Notes under the pieces: generated by a model | Told to the model about the DNA's origin: nothing | Databases searched by the model: none | What the model saw: only the letters and a program-made list of their open reading frames with translations | Shown: positions 19,113 to 33,146 of the stretch, in pieces | Layout of the letters: each line of letters starts with the position of its first letter | How positions within the stretch are numbered: the first letter of the stretch is position 1 | Origin: Bacilli bacterium | GTDB taxonomy: Bacteria; Bacillota_I; Bacilli_A; RFN20; CAG-826 | DNA: 64,000 bases | Direction of reading: 5' to 3' | Assembly (NCBI GenBank): GCA_017454295.1 | Contig: JAFTDF010000030.1 | Span: 79,089-143,088, forward strand | Program-made: the position numbers and the translations under genes

Positions 19113-20126
19113 CTATTCAATCCCTTTGGGATTTTTGACTTGGAATTGATAGGCGTCGAAACAGGCTTGTTTAACATCCCGTTTGGCCTTCCAGTGAAGG
19201 ATTTTTTCGGCTTTGTCGACGTTGGCGTAGTTGGCGGTGACGTCACCCGGACGGCGCGGATCAATTTGGTAGGGAATTTTGACGCCGGTGGCTTCTTCAA
19301 AGGCTTTTAACACGCCAAAGACGGACGTGCCTTTGCCGGTGCCGAGGTTGAAAATGACGAGCCCCGGCTTTTCTTCGAGATACTTAATCGTGGCAACGTG
19401 GCCCTCCGCCAAATCGCAGACGTGGATGTAATCGCGGATACAGGTTCCGTCTTCGGTAGGATAGTCATTCCCATAGACATGGAGTTTATCCCGACGTCCG
19501 ATGGCCACTTGGGTCACATAGGGGAGCAAATTGTTGGGAATCCCAGTGGGATCTTCGCCTAATAAACCGCTCTTATGGCCGCCGATGGGGTTGAAGTAAC
19601 GAAGTAAGGCGATATTGAATTGGGGGTTGGCTTTGTTGAAATCGGTGAGGATGCGCTCGATCATCTTCTTCGTTTCGCCATAGGGATTGGTGGTTTCCCC
19701 AAGCGGCGTGGTCTCCAGCAAAGGAAGTTCTTTGGGATCGCCATAGACCGTGGCGGAAGAAGAGAAAACGAGGTTATAGACGTTATGGGCCGCCATGGCC
19801 TCCACGAGGTTGATGGTGGAGAGGAGGTTGTTCCGATAATAGGCAAGGGGGATGCGGACGGATTCGCCCACCGCTTTCAAGCCGGCGAAATGAATGACAC
19901 CGGAAACGGGGTAGGCATCGAAAACCTGATTGAGGGCTTCCTTATCGCAGCAATCGACTTTGACGAAATCCGGACGAACGCCGGTGATGGTCTCGATGCG
20001 GTCAAGCACCCCGATTTTCGAGTTGGCGAGGTTATCGACGATGACGACTTCGTAGCCGTTTTCAATGAGGCTGATGACGGTCTCGCTTCCAATGAAGCCA
20101 AGCCCTCCGGTAACTAAGATTTTCAT
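19113..20126 (-). CDS. galE: UDP-glucose 4-epimerase
   Basis: Rossmann motif ILVTGGLGFIGS and catalytic YGETK. 337 aa. Confidence 0.9.
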   Translation of the reverse strand: MKILVTGGLGFIGSETVISLIENGYEVVIVDNLANSKIGVLDRIETITGVRPDFVKVDCCDKEALNQVFDAYPVSGVIHFAGLKAVGESVRIPLAYYRNNLLSTINLVEAMAAHNVYNLVFSSSATVYGDPKELPLLETTPLGETTNPYGETKKMIERILTDFNKANPQFNIALLRYFNPIGGHKSGLLGEDPTGIPNNLLPYVTQVAIGRRDKLHVYGNDYPTEDGTCIRDYIHVCDLAEGHVATIKYLEEKPGLVIFNLGTGKGTSVFGVLKAFEEATGVKIPYQIDPRRPGDVTANYANVDKAEKILHWKAKRDVKQACFDAYQFQVKNPKGIE

Positions 20127-20156
20127 GCAGATCTCCTTTATTCGTTTCGAATTTCG

Positions 20157-21593
20157 TTATTTTTCTTGGTTCAATCTTTCCCGCAACGCTTTCGCTAAGA
20201 CACTGGGATTCAGCGTGCCTTTCGCCGCTTTCACGGCTTGCCCAACCAAGAAGGACAAGGCCCGGTCTTTACCCGCTTGGAAGTCGGATACGGACTGGGG
20301 GTTGGCGGCTAGGACCGTCTCCACCACCGCCGCAATGGCCTCTTCGTCATTATCGGCTTTGGTAATGCCAAGAGCAACCAAAGCGTCTTCGGGGCGAGCT
20401 TTTTCGCGCAAGCAATACTCGAGGATTTCGACGCATTGCTGATGCGTGTACCCATCCTCCCGATAAGCGGCAATTCGCTTAAGCGAAACCGGGGGTAATG
20501 GGAACCGGCTTATGTTAGCACCGTTTCCTGTTTTGTTTAAGTAGGCATTCACTTCGACAATCAAAAGATTGGCGACCGTCTTTGGGTTCTCGCTTCCTTC
20601 GCTTGCCGCTTCAAAATAGGAAGCCATCGCCGGATCGGAAAGCAAAACGCTGGCTTGGGACGGGGTTAAGCCCATCCGTTCATAACGTTCCTTCTTCGCC
20701 TCATAAAGCTCGGGACAGGTGGCAATCGCCTCTTCAATCATCGCTTCCGATAAGACGATGGGCAGGATGTTCGGTTCCGGGAAGTATTTGTAATCGATGG
20801 CTTCGGTTTTAAGACGCATCGAGACCGTCTTTCCCTTCGCCTCGTCATAGCGGCGCGTATCTTGGACGATGGCCATGCCCGAGGCGAGGCATTGACTTTG
20901 GCGGGCGATTTCATAATCGATGGCGGTCTGGATGTTCTTCAACGAGTTAAGGTTTTTCAGTTCCACTTTCGGTCCAAAGAAAGAAGCACCTTGGGGGCGG
21001 ATTGAAACATTGACGTCGCAACGCAAAGAGCCTTCTTCCATCTTGCCGTCGCTGGCCCGCGAATAAACAACGATGTTACGGATCGCTTCAATATAACGGA
21101 CCGCTTCCACCCCATTATGGATGTCGGGGTAGGACACGATTTCTAATAAGGGCACTCCCGCTCGGTTATAGTCAAGCAAGGAATAGTCGCGGAAATGAAG
21201 CTGCTTGCAGGTATCTTCCTCAAGATGCAAACGTTCGATGGCGATCTTCTTGGGCTGATTTTGGAGGTCAAAGATGGTCACGTACCCTTCCTTTCCTAGT
21301 GGATGGAAGCGCTGCGTGATTTGGAATCCTTTGGGTAAATCGGCATAAAAATAGTTCTTCCGGTCAAAGTTTAACGTCCGAGCGATCTCCATGTGAAGCG
21401 CATAGGCGACGCGGATGCCATGGACCACGGCTTGGCGATTGACCACCGGCATCGTGCCGGGGAAAGCCATATCTAAAGGAGCAACGTTGGTGTTCGGGGT
21501 TTTGGAAAAGGCGTTGGGCGCAGCGGAAAACATTTTGCTTTTGGTCTTTAACTCCACATGGATTTCAATGCCAATGACCGCTTCGATATTCAT
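20157..21593 (-). CDS. gatB: Asp/Glu-tRNA amidotransferase subunit B
   Basis: MNIEAVIGIEIHVELKT start (ATG 21593, 4-nt overlap with gatA) and a GatB/YqeY C-terminal domain. Confidence 0.95.
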   Translation of the reverse strand: MNIEAVIGIEIHVELKTKSKMFSAAPNAFSKTPNTNVAPLDMAFPGTMPVVNRQAVVHGIRVAYALHMEIARTLNFDRKNYFYADLPKGFQITQRFHPLGKEGYVTIFDLQNQPKKIAIERLHLEEDTCKQLHFRDYSLLDYNRAGVPLLEIVSYPDIHNGVEAVRYIEAIRNIVVYSRASDGKMEEGSLRCDVNVSIRPQGASFFGPKVELKNLNSLKNIQTAIDYEIARQSQCLASGMAIVQDTRRYDEAKGKTVSMRLKTEAIDYKYFPEPNILPIVLSEAMIEEAIATCPELYEAKKERYERMGLTPSQASVLLSDPAMASYFEAASEGSENPKTVANLLIVEVNAYLNKTGNGANISRFPLPPVSLKRIAAYREDGYTHQQCVEILEYCLREKARPEDALVALGITKADNDEEAIAAVVETVLAANPQSVSDFQAGKDRALSFLVGQAVKAAKGTLNPSVLAKALRERLNQEK

Positions 21594-23047
21594 TGTTTTT
21601 CCTTTGCGTTCAACGCACTTAATCCGGCTAAGCCGGTATAGCTTTCTAGCCACGAGGCTAAAGCGAGGACCTTTTCCTCCTCGAAAATACGTCCAGTGAG
21701 ATTGACGCCAAGCGGCAATCCTTCTTCTAAGGCGAGGGGTAAACTAAGCGAAGGAAACCCTCCGAAATTGCCGATGGCAAGATGATTCTCGGCAATGGTG
21801 TTCATCTCCGTCTTTGGATGTACCATCGGGGCAACGGAAGGGGCGGCCGGCCCATAAATCAAATCATATTGCGAGAAGATGGATTCGATCGCGGCAACGA
21901 TGCGGGCCCGATTTTTCTGAGCTCGGAGGAACAGCTTCTCTTGGTTTTCCGCCATCAGCGCGAACGAGCCAATGACAAAGCGCCGCTTGGTGAGTTCAGA
22001 GAATCCCTTGGTGCGGGCTTTGCACATGACTTCCTGATAGGACTTCCCTTCGTAATAAGGTCCGAATTTGATGCCATCGAGGTTGGCGTTGTTGCTGGTA
22101 GCCTCGGCGGAAGAAATCACTAAGTAGGTTGCGTAGACGGAAGAAAGCAATTCGTGAGGCAGATGCACTTCGTCCACTTGGATGCCCGCTTGTTTCATCT
22201 CCGCTACGCTTGCGGCAAACTTTTCTTTCATCACGGGGTCGGTGAGTGAATCGACGATTTCCGCAATGACGGCAACCTTATAGCCAAGGGGCGAGAGCTT
22301 TTGAAGCACAGGATAATCTTTTACTTCTTGATCGGAAGAAGTGGCATCTTTTTCGTCCCGCCCGGCGAGGGCTTGCAGTAAGATCGCCGCATCGTCGACA
22401 TTGCGGGTAAAAAAGCCAACGTGGTCCAAAGAAGGGGCGAATGGGAAAAGACCATAACGGGAGATCCTACCCCAAGTGGGTTTGAACCCGACGAGCCCTG
22501 CGTAAGAAGCGGGCTTACGGATGGAGTCCCCCGTATCCGAGCCTAAGGCAAACGGGACGATGGAAGCGGCCGTGACCGCGGCGCTGCCAGAACTTGACCC
22601 ACCTATCAAGCGGTCGTGGTTGGGAGCGTAGGGATTGTAAGTCATCCCTTTTCTTCCCGTGGTGCCGGTGCCACCCATGCCAAGCTCATCCAAAGTCGTT
22701 TTTCCCAGCAAAACTGCCTTTCTTTTCTTTAATTTGGCGATTACCGTTGCATCAAAAACCGGAATATACCCAGCTAAGATATTGGAAGAAGCGGTCGTCT
22801 CAATCCCCTTGGTGGAAAGGTTGTCTTTGGCAAAATAGGGGATGCCCCAAAGAAGGTTCTCCGGCTCGGGATCCATCAAGGTTTTGGCAAAGGTGAGAGC
22901 CCCATTTTCATCAAGGGTCTCCAACGCATTGTCTTGGTTGGCTTTCGCCCGCGCAATGGCTTCCAAAGTTAGTTCATAAGGCGTGGTCTCCCCACGAAGA
23001 TAGGCTTCATGGATTTCCCGGATGGAACGATCTAAAAAGCTCATCAT
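21590..23047 (-). CDS. gatA: Asp/Glu-tRNA amidotransferase subunit A
   Basis: Amidase signature GGSSSGSAAVTAA. 485 aa. Confidence 0.95.
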   Translation of the reverse strand: MMSFLDRSIREIHEAYLRGETTPYELTLEAIARAKANQDNALETLDENGALTFAKTLMDPEPENLLWGIPYFAKDNLSTKGIETTASSNILAGYIPVFDATVIAKLKKRKAVLLGKTTLDELGMGGTGTTGRKGMTYNPYAPNHDRLIGGSSSGSAAVTAASIVPFALGSDTGDSIRKPASYAGLVGFKPTWGRISRYGLFPFAPSLDHVGFFTRNVDDAAILLQALAGRDEKDATSSDQEVKDYPVLQKLSPLGYKVAVIAEIVDSLTDPVMKEKFAASVAEMKQAGIQVDEVHLPHELLSSVYATYLVISSAEATSNNANLDGIKFGPYYEGKSYQEVMCKARTKGFSELTKRRFVIGSFALMAENQEKLFLRAQKNRARIVAAIESIFSQYDLIYGPAAPSVAPMVHPKTEMNTIAENHLAIGNFGGFPSLSLPLALEEGLPLGVNLTGRIFEEEKVLALASWLESYTGLAGLSALNAKEKQ

Positions 23048-23340
23048 CCCACCACCTTTGGCAATTTGATTTGCCCTTCCAACGTGGACCCAGCGTTGCT
23101 TAGTGCTTCCTCCCGCTTCAGCGGAGGGAGCGGCTCATCTTCACGTAAATAAGTGGTCTGAACCGGATAAGGAAACGTCATGGGCTCATAGCCATCTAAA
23201 TCTTCGCATTGGGAGATGGCTTCCATTTGGGCCGTCAACGACGAAAGCTCTTGGAAGAGTTTGACGTACTCCTCCTCAGTCATCTCGAACATAAGGCGCG
23301 AGGCGGCATCTTTAAGAACATCAATCGTGATTTCTTTCAT
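23044..23340 (-). CDS. gatC: Asp/Glu-tRNA amidotransferase subunit C
   Basis: 98 aa, in the gatCAB order with a 4-nt overlap with gatA. Confidence 0.88.
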   Translation of the reverse strand: MKEITIDVLKDAASRLMFEMTEEEYVKLFQELSSLTAQMEAISQCEDLDGYEPMTFPYPVQTTYLREDEPLPPLKREEALSNAGSTLEGQIKLPKVVG

Positions 23341-23364
23341 GGTGCCTCCTGCGCTGCGAAAAGA

Positions 23365-27656
<4,292 letters not shown>

Positions 27657-27664
27657 GTGCCCAT

Positions 27665-27670
27665 ATTTTA
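27665..27670 (-). promoter_or_regulatory. -10-like TAAAAT 8 nt upstream of pcrA ATG
   Basis: Minus strand reads aggTAAAAT-atgggcac-ATG with no SD in the 8-nt gap. Confidence 0.3.
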
Positions 27671-27742
27671 CCTTCTCATTCCTTCCTTATAAATAAGGAC
27701 TATGCAAAATGTCCCGCTTTTTACCCACAAGTGAAATCGCTA

Positions 27743-27751
27743 TGGTAAAAT
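27743..27751 (+). promoter_or_regulatory. extended -10 (TGgTAAAAT)
   Basis: TGGTAAAAT, identical to the element upstream of cls (45004..45012). It lies inside the 5' part of track ORF 27709..28716, which argues for a downstream start. Confidence 0.35.
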
Positions 27752-27792
27752 CGCCACGAGAAAGCCATTTTTGGCCACGGAGAAATCAAACT

Positions 27793-28716
27793 TTGGCAAC
27801 GAAGAAACGTTACTTCCGGCTCCGTGAGAGCCCCGTCGAAAACTTGACCTTCATCGCGATGATGGTGGCTTTTGACGCCATCGTTTCCCTCATCGCGGGA
27901 CTGCTTCCACTTAGCGCCGTTTTCGTGATGCTGATCGTGCCTTTCACCAGCGCTTCCGTCGCTTTGTTTTGTAAAGGCAAATACCTCCCCGTTTACCTTT
28001 TCGCCGGATTTGGAATCTGCCTCGCCGTATCCGCGTGGAATTTCACCAACACCATTTTCTATGTCCTCCCCGCCATGATCACGGGGCTGGTCTATGGAAT
28101 GCTTTGGAAAGCCAAGGTTCCCGTGTCGTTGAACCTTTTCGCTTCGACTCTCGTTTCTCTCGGGCTATTCTATGCCTCTTTATATTTCTTAAGGGCGGTG
28201 ACCCAAGTCGATATGGTGGAGTTCCTACTCACCGCCATCGGCAAGAAAGAGGACCCGCTCGCCCCCAACGTATTCCCGCTATTCGGATTCGCCTATTCTT
28301 TGGCGCAAATGGTGCTTAGCCACGTCTTCTTGCAAACCCAATTAGAAAGGATTTCCATCCTCTCAAACGAAGAGGAAAGGCTCATCCCCTTCCACCCAAT
28401 CATTGCGTTTGGATTTGCCTTAATCTCCGCAATCCTCGCCTTTTTCAACGCAAAAATCGCTTATTTGAGCTTTGGCGCATCTTTGTATTGGGCTTTGTTC
28501 TGCGTCTATGGAATTTTGGCTTACCACCGGGCTTGGACCTATGTCTTACTGGGGATTTTCTTCTTTTCCGGGTGGCTTGTTTTCGCCAGCGTCTACCAAC
28601 AAGCGCCCCACGGTTCGGGATTGGCGCTGATCTCGATTCCCGTCGGTTTTTTCTCGATTTCTTGCTTTCTCAACTATGTTTTGTTGAGAAACAGGCAAAA
28701 GCAACCTAAAATCTAA
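27793..28716 (+). CDS. polytopic membrane protein, unknown function
   Basis: About 8 TM segments. Start uncertain: in-frame TTG 27793 lies 9 nt after GGAG and downstream of the extended -10. The track start is ATG 27709. Confidence 0.6.
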   Translation: MATKKRYFRLRESPVENLTFIAMMVAFDAIVSLIAGLLPLSAVFVMLIVPFTSASVALFCKGKYLPVYLFAGFGICLAVSAWNFTNTIFYVLPAMITGLVYGMLWKAKVPVSLNLFASTLVSLGLFYASLYFLRAVTQVDMVEFLLTAIGKKEDPLAPNVFPLFGFAYSLAQMVLSHVFLQTQLERISILSNEEERLIPFHPIIAFGFALISAILAFFNAKIAYLSFGASLYWALFCVYGILAYHRAWTYVLLGIFFFSGWLVFASVYQQAPHGSGLALISIPVGFFSISCFLNYVLLRNRQKQPKI

Positions 28717-28718
28717 GC

Positions 28719-29291
28719 ATGGGTGCTTTGAAACGCTTTGGATTAGGACTCCTTTGGATCTTCCTCCTACCCTTCATTCTCCTCGCCATTGCCGGGGTGG
28801 CTGTATGGGGCGTTTTGAATTTCCTAATCCAGTTCGTCATCATGCTCGTGAATTTCTTCCGTGGCAAAAAGCTCTTCCCCTTATTCCCGGAAGATCAAAA
28901 AGCCATGGAAATCCAACAACGAGCCATCGATAAAGCCAACCAAGCAACCGAACCCGCACCGGCCCCTGCCCCGCAGCAGGTGTTTGTCACTCAAAATTAT
29001 TATGGCGGCGGCGTCTTGCCTCCCGGAACGAATCCGGGGATGCAAAATCCTTATGGGCAAGGTCTTCCTTACCAAGGCCCCATGATGCAGCAGCCCGGCA
29101 TGATTCCCCCACAGCAGCCAGGAATGATTCCCCCACAGCAGCCAGGAATGATCCCGCCGCAACCAGGCCAGTCCTTCCCTTATCAGCAACCGCCACTGCC
29201 CAACCAGCCCATTGAAAACGAGCCTTTCCCGCAGCCCAAATTAGCGGAGCTCCCCCAATATCAAGCCGACGCGGAGGACGATGAACAATGA
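28719..29291 (+). CDS. membrane protein with Pro/Gln-rich repeat tail
   Basis: Two N-terminal TM segments, then a low-complexity P/Q/G/M region including 3x QQPGMIPP. Starts 3 nt after the upstream gene. Confidence 0.6.
   Translation: MGALKRFGLGLLWIFLLPFILLAIAGVAVWGVLNFLIQFVIMLVNFFRGKKLFPLFPEDQKAMEIQQRAIDKANQATEPAPAPAPQQVFVTQNYYGGGVLPPGTNPGMQNPYGQGLPYQGPMMQQPGMIPPQQPGMIPPQQPGMIPPQPGQSFPYQQPPLPNQPIENEPFPQPKLAELPQYQADAEDDEQ
29098..29169 (+). repeat. 3 x 24-nt in-frame tandem repeat (QQPGMIPP)
   Basis: cagcagcccggcatgattccccca / cagcagccaggaatgattccccca / cagcagccaggaatgatcccgccg. Confidence 0.9.
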
Positions 29292-29974
29292 TTCGCCTCC
29301 TTGCCTCCATCCAACTTTCCGATACCGACCGCAAGGCATTGATCATCTTATTGATCGTCTTTGTGATTTTGCTTTTGGTCATCGGGCTCATCGGCGTGGC
29401 CATCCGTCAAACGATGCTCTACCAAGCCAAGCGGGCCGATACGATGATGCATGATGTTGCCACGACCCACGTCATCAACAATCCCAAGGATTTCCGAAAG
29501 TTCGGGCTAAAGAAAAATAACCGTGCCCTCTATCGCGATTCCTTAATCCCCGCCGGGATTATCCTTTTGGCCCTTGCCGTCTGGGTGATTGCCAATATCA
29601 TCACCCATCGTTGGGGCAATAACGTTTGGGACGAATTCGGCGACCTCTTCTTCCGTTTCAAATGGGATAACTCCGGCTATCCTGCCGACGACCCACTTTG
29701 GGTCAAAGTCTTTGGCATACAAATTCTTGCCCGTTGGCCCGAAGCCGAAGCAGGATTCCCCCGCTTCGTGCCTGAGCATATCGCCTCTTATTTCGTGGCA
29801 GTGCTTACCATCGTGGCGGCTCTCTATTACGCCGTGGTTTGCCAAGCCTATGTCTCGCGCGCGGTCATGATTTATTTCCGTTCCAATTCCGTTTACGAAA
29901 AAAGCTTGGCCGGATATAAAGCCAGCGAAGATATCAAAATCACGCCGGATCACCCAATCCCGCCATCCGACTAA
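29288..29974 (+). CDS. membrane protein, unknown function
   Basis: 228-aa ORF with an ATGA overlap to the upstream gene and 3-4 TM segments. No recognisable motif. Confidence 0.55.
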   Translation: MIRLLASIQLSDTDRKALIILLIVFVILLLVIGLIGVAIRQTMLYQAKRADTMMHDVATTHVINNPKDFRKFGLKKNNRALYRDSLIPAGIILLALAVWVIANIITHRWGNNVWDEFGDLFFRFKWDNSGYPADDPLWVKVFGIQILARWPEAEAGFPRFVPEHIASYFVAVLTIVAALYYAVVCQAYVSRAVMIYFRSNSVYEKSLAGYKASEDIKITPDHPIPPSD

Positions 29975-29997
29975 AGCAAAAAGCCCCATTCGGGGCT
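29973..29997 (-). terminator. rho-independent terminator for the asnS-side operon
   Basis: Minus strand has AGCCCC-GAAT-GGGGCT followed by TTTTTGCTTT, just after the stop at 30002. Confidence 0.65.
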
Positions 29998-30001
29998 CTA
30001 T

Positions 30002-30502
30002 TTAATCTAGGTAATTCTTGGCAAGTAGCCAACCGAAGAAGAAGACGCCGCCGAATCCTTGGATTTCGATGATCCCGATGATGAAGCGAATCCATAAGAC
30101 GGTTTGATCCTGCTCGGAAGCGGCAATGACGCCGTGGGCGATTTTTCGGATATCGATGATAAGGTCCAAAATCATGTAAATCGCCAGAATGATCGCCCCG
30201 AGGGATGCCCAATGCAGGAAGGGCCCTTTCCCACGGACAAAGCTAATGCCGCCGATCGAAACAAAGGAAATAAAGATCGAAGCAATCGGCAAGAAGATCA
30301 AGTAGATGAACTGCCGCTGATCATTCAGGTCCACGGCCATCATGCTGGGATTCACAATAATGAGAATCATCTCGACGATGTTCCCCAAAGCAGCGAGGAA
30401 TAGCAAAATCGAGCCGATAAACATCATCCTCCGCCCAATCCGGATTTTCTTGGTCACGGGGGCTTCATATGGGGCGTTTTCAAGTTGCTCACGAGTCATC
30501 AT
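30002..30502 (-). CDS. four-TM membrane protein, unknown function
   Basis: Start taken at the ATGATG pair (30502), 5 nt after GGAGGT. It overlaps the stop of the upstream small ORF (ATGATGA). Confidence 0.55.
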   Translation of the reverse strand: MMTREQLENAPYEAPVTKKIRIGRRMMFIGSILLFLAALGNIVEMILIIVNPSMMAVDLNDQRQFIYLIFLPIASIFISFVSIGGISFVRGKGPFLHWASLGAIILAIYMILDLIIDIRKIAHGVIAASEQDQTVLWIRFIIGIIEIQGFGGVFFFGWLLAKNYLD

Positions 30503-30693
30503 ACGAAACCTCCCATCGAGATTTCCACGAACTCCCAAACCAAGACCGCAATCAGCACAAAGCAAATGCCAAGCAACAGGAAATACATCCGCTTACGGAC
30601 GGTTTCCTTGCGGGCTTTTTCCTCCGGGTTTTCTTCCTCGAAAGAAGTGTCCACGGAAAAGGGCGGTTGGAAGGGATCGTAGGGGTTGTCCAT
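30499..30693 (-). CDS. small single-TM protein (64 aa)
   Basis: The ATG overlaps the asnS stop (TAATG). Acidic N-terminus, then the TM segment MYFLLLGICFVLIAVLVW. Confidence 0.45.
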   Translation of the reverse strand: MDNPYDPFQPPFSVDTSFEEENPEEKARKETVRKRMYFLLLGICFVLIAVLVWEFVEISMGGFV

Positions 30694-32087
30694 TAGAAGC
30701 GAAGTCCTCCGGATGTCCGCGGATAAGGTTCGGTGTCGCGGATATTGGCGACGCCGGTGATGTAACTAAGTAAACGGTCAAAGCCGATACCAAAGCCGGA
30801 ATGGATGCAGCCACCCCACTTCCGGAGATTGAGGTACCAATCGAGTTCCTCGATGTTGCCTTGTTTCTCCATCTTGGCTTTGAGGATTTCATAACGTTCC
30901 TCACGTTGGGAACCACCGATGATTTCGCCTTCTCCCGGCACGAGGCAATCGCAAGCGGCAACGGTCTTGCCGTCATCGTTTTCGCGCATATAGAAGGCTT
31001 TGATATCCTTCGGATAGTTGATTAAGAACATCGGCCCTTTGACGATTTGCTCGGTGAGGAAGCGTTCGTGTTCGGATTGCAAATCCATGCCCCATTCGAT
31101 CTTGTTGTAATCGAATTTGTGGCCGTTTTTGACGGCTTCCTGGAGCAAACCGATGGCTTCGGTATATTCCATGCGACGGAAGGGTGCGGCTAAAACATCG
31201 TTGAGTTTTTGGAGCAAGCCCGGAGCGATCATCTGGTCGAAGAAGGCCATTTCGTCGGGGCAACGATCCAAGACAAACCGAATCACGTACTTGATGGTTT
31301 CTTCCATTAAGTCCATGTCGTCTTCTAAATCGGCAAAGGCGATTTCCGGCTCGATCATCCAGAATTCAGAAGCGTGGCGCGGGGTGTTGGACTTCTCGGC
31401 ACGGAAGGTGGGCCCGAAGGTATAGACGTCGCGGAAGGCCAGGGCAAACGGCTCAACATGAAGCTGACCGGAGACGGTGAGCGAGGTCTTTTGCCCATAG
31501 AAGGCGGTTTCGGAAAGTTTGCCTTCGTCATCTTTGGTGCAGACGGTGAAGACTTGTCCTGCCCCTTCGGCGTCGTTACCGGTGAGGATGGGGGTATGGA
31601 CATAGACGAAGCCTTTGCCTTGGAAGAATTCGTGAATGGCTAAAGCAAGCACCGAACGAACTCGGTATAAGGCGGAGAAGGTGTTGGTCCGGGGACGCAG
31701 ATAAGCGATTTCCCGGAGATATTCGAAGGAATGGCGTTTCTTTTGTAAGGGGTAGTCGGGTTCGACTTGTCCTAAGATTTCGATTTTGCTGGCTTGCAGT
31801 TCAAAGGGTTGTTTCATCTCGGGGGTCAAAACGATTTTGCCCTCGACATAGATGGCGGCCCCGGTCAACAAATGGGAGATTTCCTCATGACCAAGCAAAT
31901 CCTCGTGATAAACCACCTGCATATTCTTGAAGCAGGTGCCATCGTTTAACGCGATAAAACCAATGGATCCGTTGTCGCGATTGGTACGAACCCAGCCCGA
32001 AACTTTAACCAGACCCTGGGCAGCGAGGTCTTCCCCTTGCTGATAAGCGGCGAAAAGGGATTGAATGGTGGAGACTTTTGTTTGCAT
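30693..32087 (-). CDS. asnS: asparagine--tRNA ligase
   Basis: Class IIb synthetase with an OB domain (VSGWVRTNRDNGSIGFIALNDGT), motif 2/3 regions and a C-terminal PRTSGGLRF. Start is ATG 32087 (MQTKV) or 32114. Confidence 0.92.
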   Translation of the reverse strand: MQTKVSTIQSLFAAYQQGEDLAAQGLVKVSGWVRTNRDNGSIGFIALNDGTCFKNMQVVYHEDLLGHEEISHLLTGAAIYVEGKIVLTPEMKQPFELQASKIEILGQVEPDYPLQKKRHSFEYLREIAYLRPRTNTFSALYRVRSVLALAIHEFFQGKGFVYVHTPILTGNDAEGAGQVFTVCTKDDEGKLSETAFYGQKTSLTVSGQLHVEPFALAFRDVYTFGPTFRAEKSNTPRHASEFWMIEPEIAFADLEDDMDLMEETIKYVIRFVLDRCPDEMAFFDQMIAPGLLQKLNDVLAAPFRRMEYTEAIGLLQEAVKNGHKFDYNKIEWGMDLQSEHERFLTEQIVKGPMFLINYPKDIKAFYMRENDDGKTVAACDCLVPGEGEIIGGSQREERYEILKAKMEKQGNIEELDWYLNLRKWGGCIHSGFGIGFDRLLSYITGVANIRDTEPYPRTSGGLRF

Positions 32088-32132
32088 GGGAGAATTATAA
32101 ATTCCTTTACCCATAAGGAAAAGGAAAAGAAA

Positions 32133-33146
32133 TCAGAATTCCTTCCAGTGGTCGATCTTCCAGTTGGGATCGACGCCGAGGCTTAAGGGGGCGAAGATTT
32201 TTTGTTCGTAAAGCCGCGCGGCGACCTTGGCGATCATGGCGGCGTTATCGGTGGTACACCAAAGGGGTGGAATAATGAGTTCGATGCCACTGCCTTCGAG
32301 CTTCTTCCCCATCTGCTCACGGAGATAGGAATTGGCGGAAACCCCACCGGCTAAAACAATTTGTTTTACGTGATGCTCATAGGCGGCACGGATAGATTTA
32401 TCGACAACCATGCCGACCGCGACGTCTTGGAAGGAACGGGCCATGTCGGGGACCGAGACTTCTTCCCCTTTCATCCGTAACGAATTCACTAAGTTGATAA
32501 CGGCGGTCTTTAAGCCGGAATAGGAGAAATCGCAAGGTCCGGCCCCCGCATCGGGAACGGGCAAATCGTAGACATGTTGCCCTTGTTTTGCGGCCAAATC
32601 GATGGGCAAACCACCCGGATAAGGAAGACCTAACACACGGGCGACTTTGTCATAACATTCGCCGATCGCGTCATCTTTGGTTTCTCCGATGATTTCGAAA
32701 TCCATATGGTCTCTCATTAAAACCAGTTCGGTGTTTCCACCGGAAACGACGATGCATAACATCGGGAATTTGAAATCCCCCACATATTCATTCGCGTAAA
32801 TATGACCCGCCAAATGATGGACGGGGATAAGCGGTTTTTCATAGAGCATCGCGAGGGTCTTAGCGGCCTGTAACCCAACATGGAGGCAGCCGATTAAACC
32901 CGGCCCACGGGTCACGGCAAAGGCATCGATGTCCTCCAAAGTAAGTTTGGCTTCTGTCAAAGCCTCTTCCAAGCACACCGTAATGTTTTCGGCATGTAAA
33001 CGGGAGGCAATTTCGGGCATGACCCCGCCGAATTTTTCGTGAACGGATATCTGGGTGGCCACGATGTTGGACAAAAGCTTGCCGTCATCGACGATGGCGA
33101 CGGCGGTTTCGTCGCAGCTACTTTCAATCGCCAAAATCTTAGCCAT
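32133..33146 (-). CDS. tsaD: tRNA N6-adenosine threonylcarbamoyltransferase TsaD
   Basis: ILAIESSCDETA N-terminus and metal-binding site HHLAGHIYA. 337 aa. Confidence 0.95.
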   Translation of the reverse strand: MAKILAIESSCDETAVAIVDDGKLLSNIVATQISVHEKFGGVMPEIASRLHAENITVCLEEALTEAKLTLEDIDAFAVTRGPGLIGCLHVGLQAAKTLAMLYEKPLIPVHHLAGHIYANEYVGDFKFPMLCIVVSGGNTELVLMRDHMDFEIIGETKDDAIGECYDKVARVLGLPYPGGLPIDLAAKQGQHVYDLPVPDAGAGPCDFSYSGLKTAVINLVNSLRMKGEEVSVPDMARSFQDVAVGMVVDKSIRAAYEHHVKQIVLAGGVSANSYLREQMGKKLEGSGIELIIPPLWCTTDNAAMIAKVAARLYEQKIFAPLSLGVDPNWKIDHWKEF

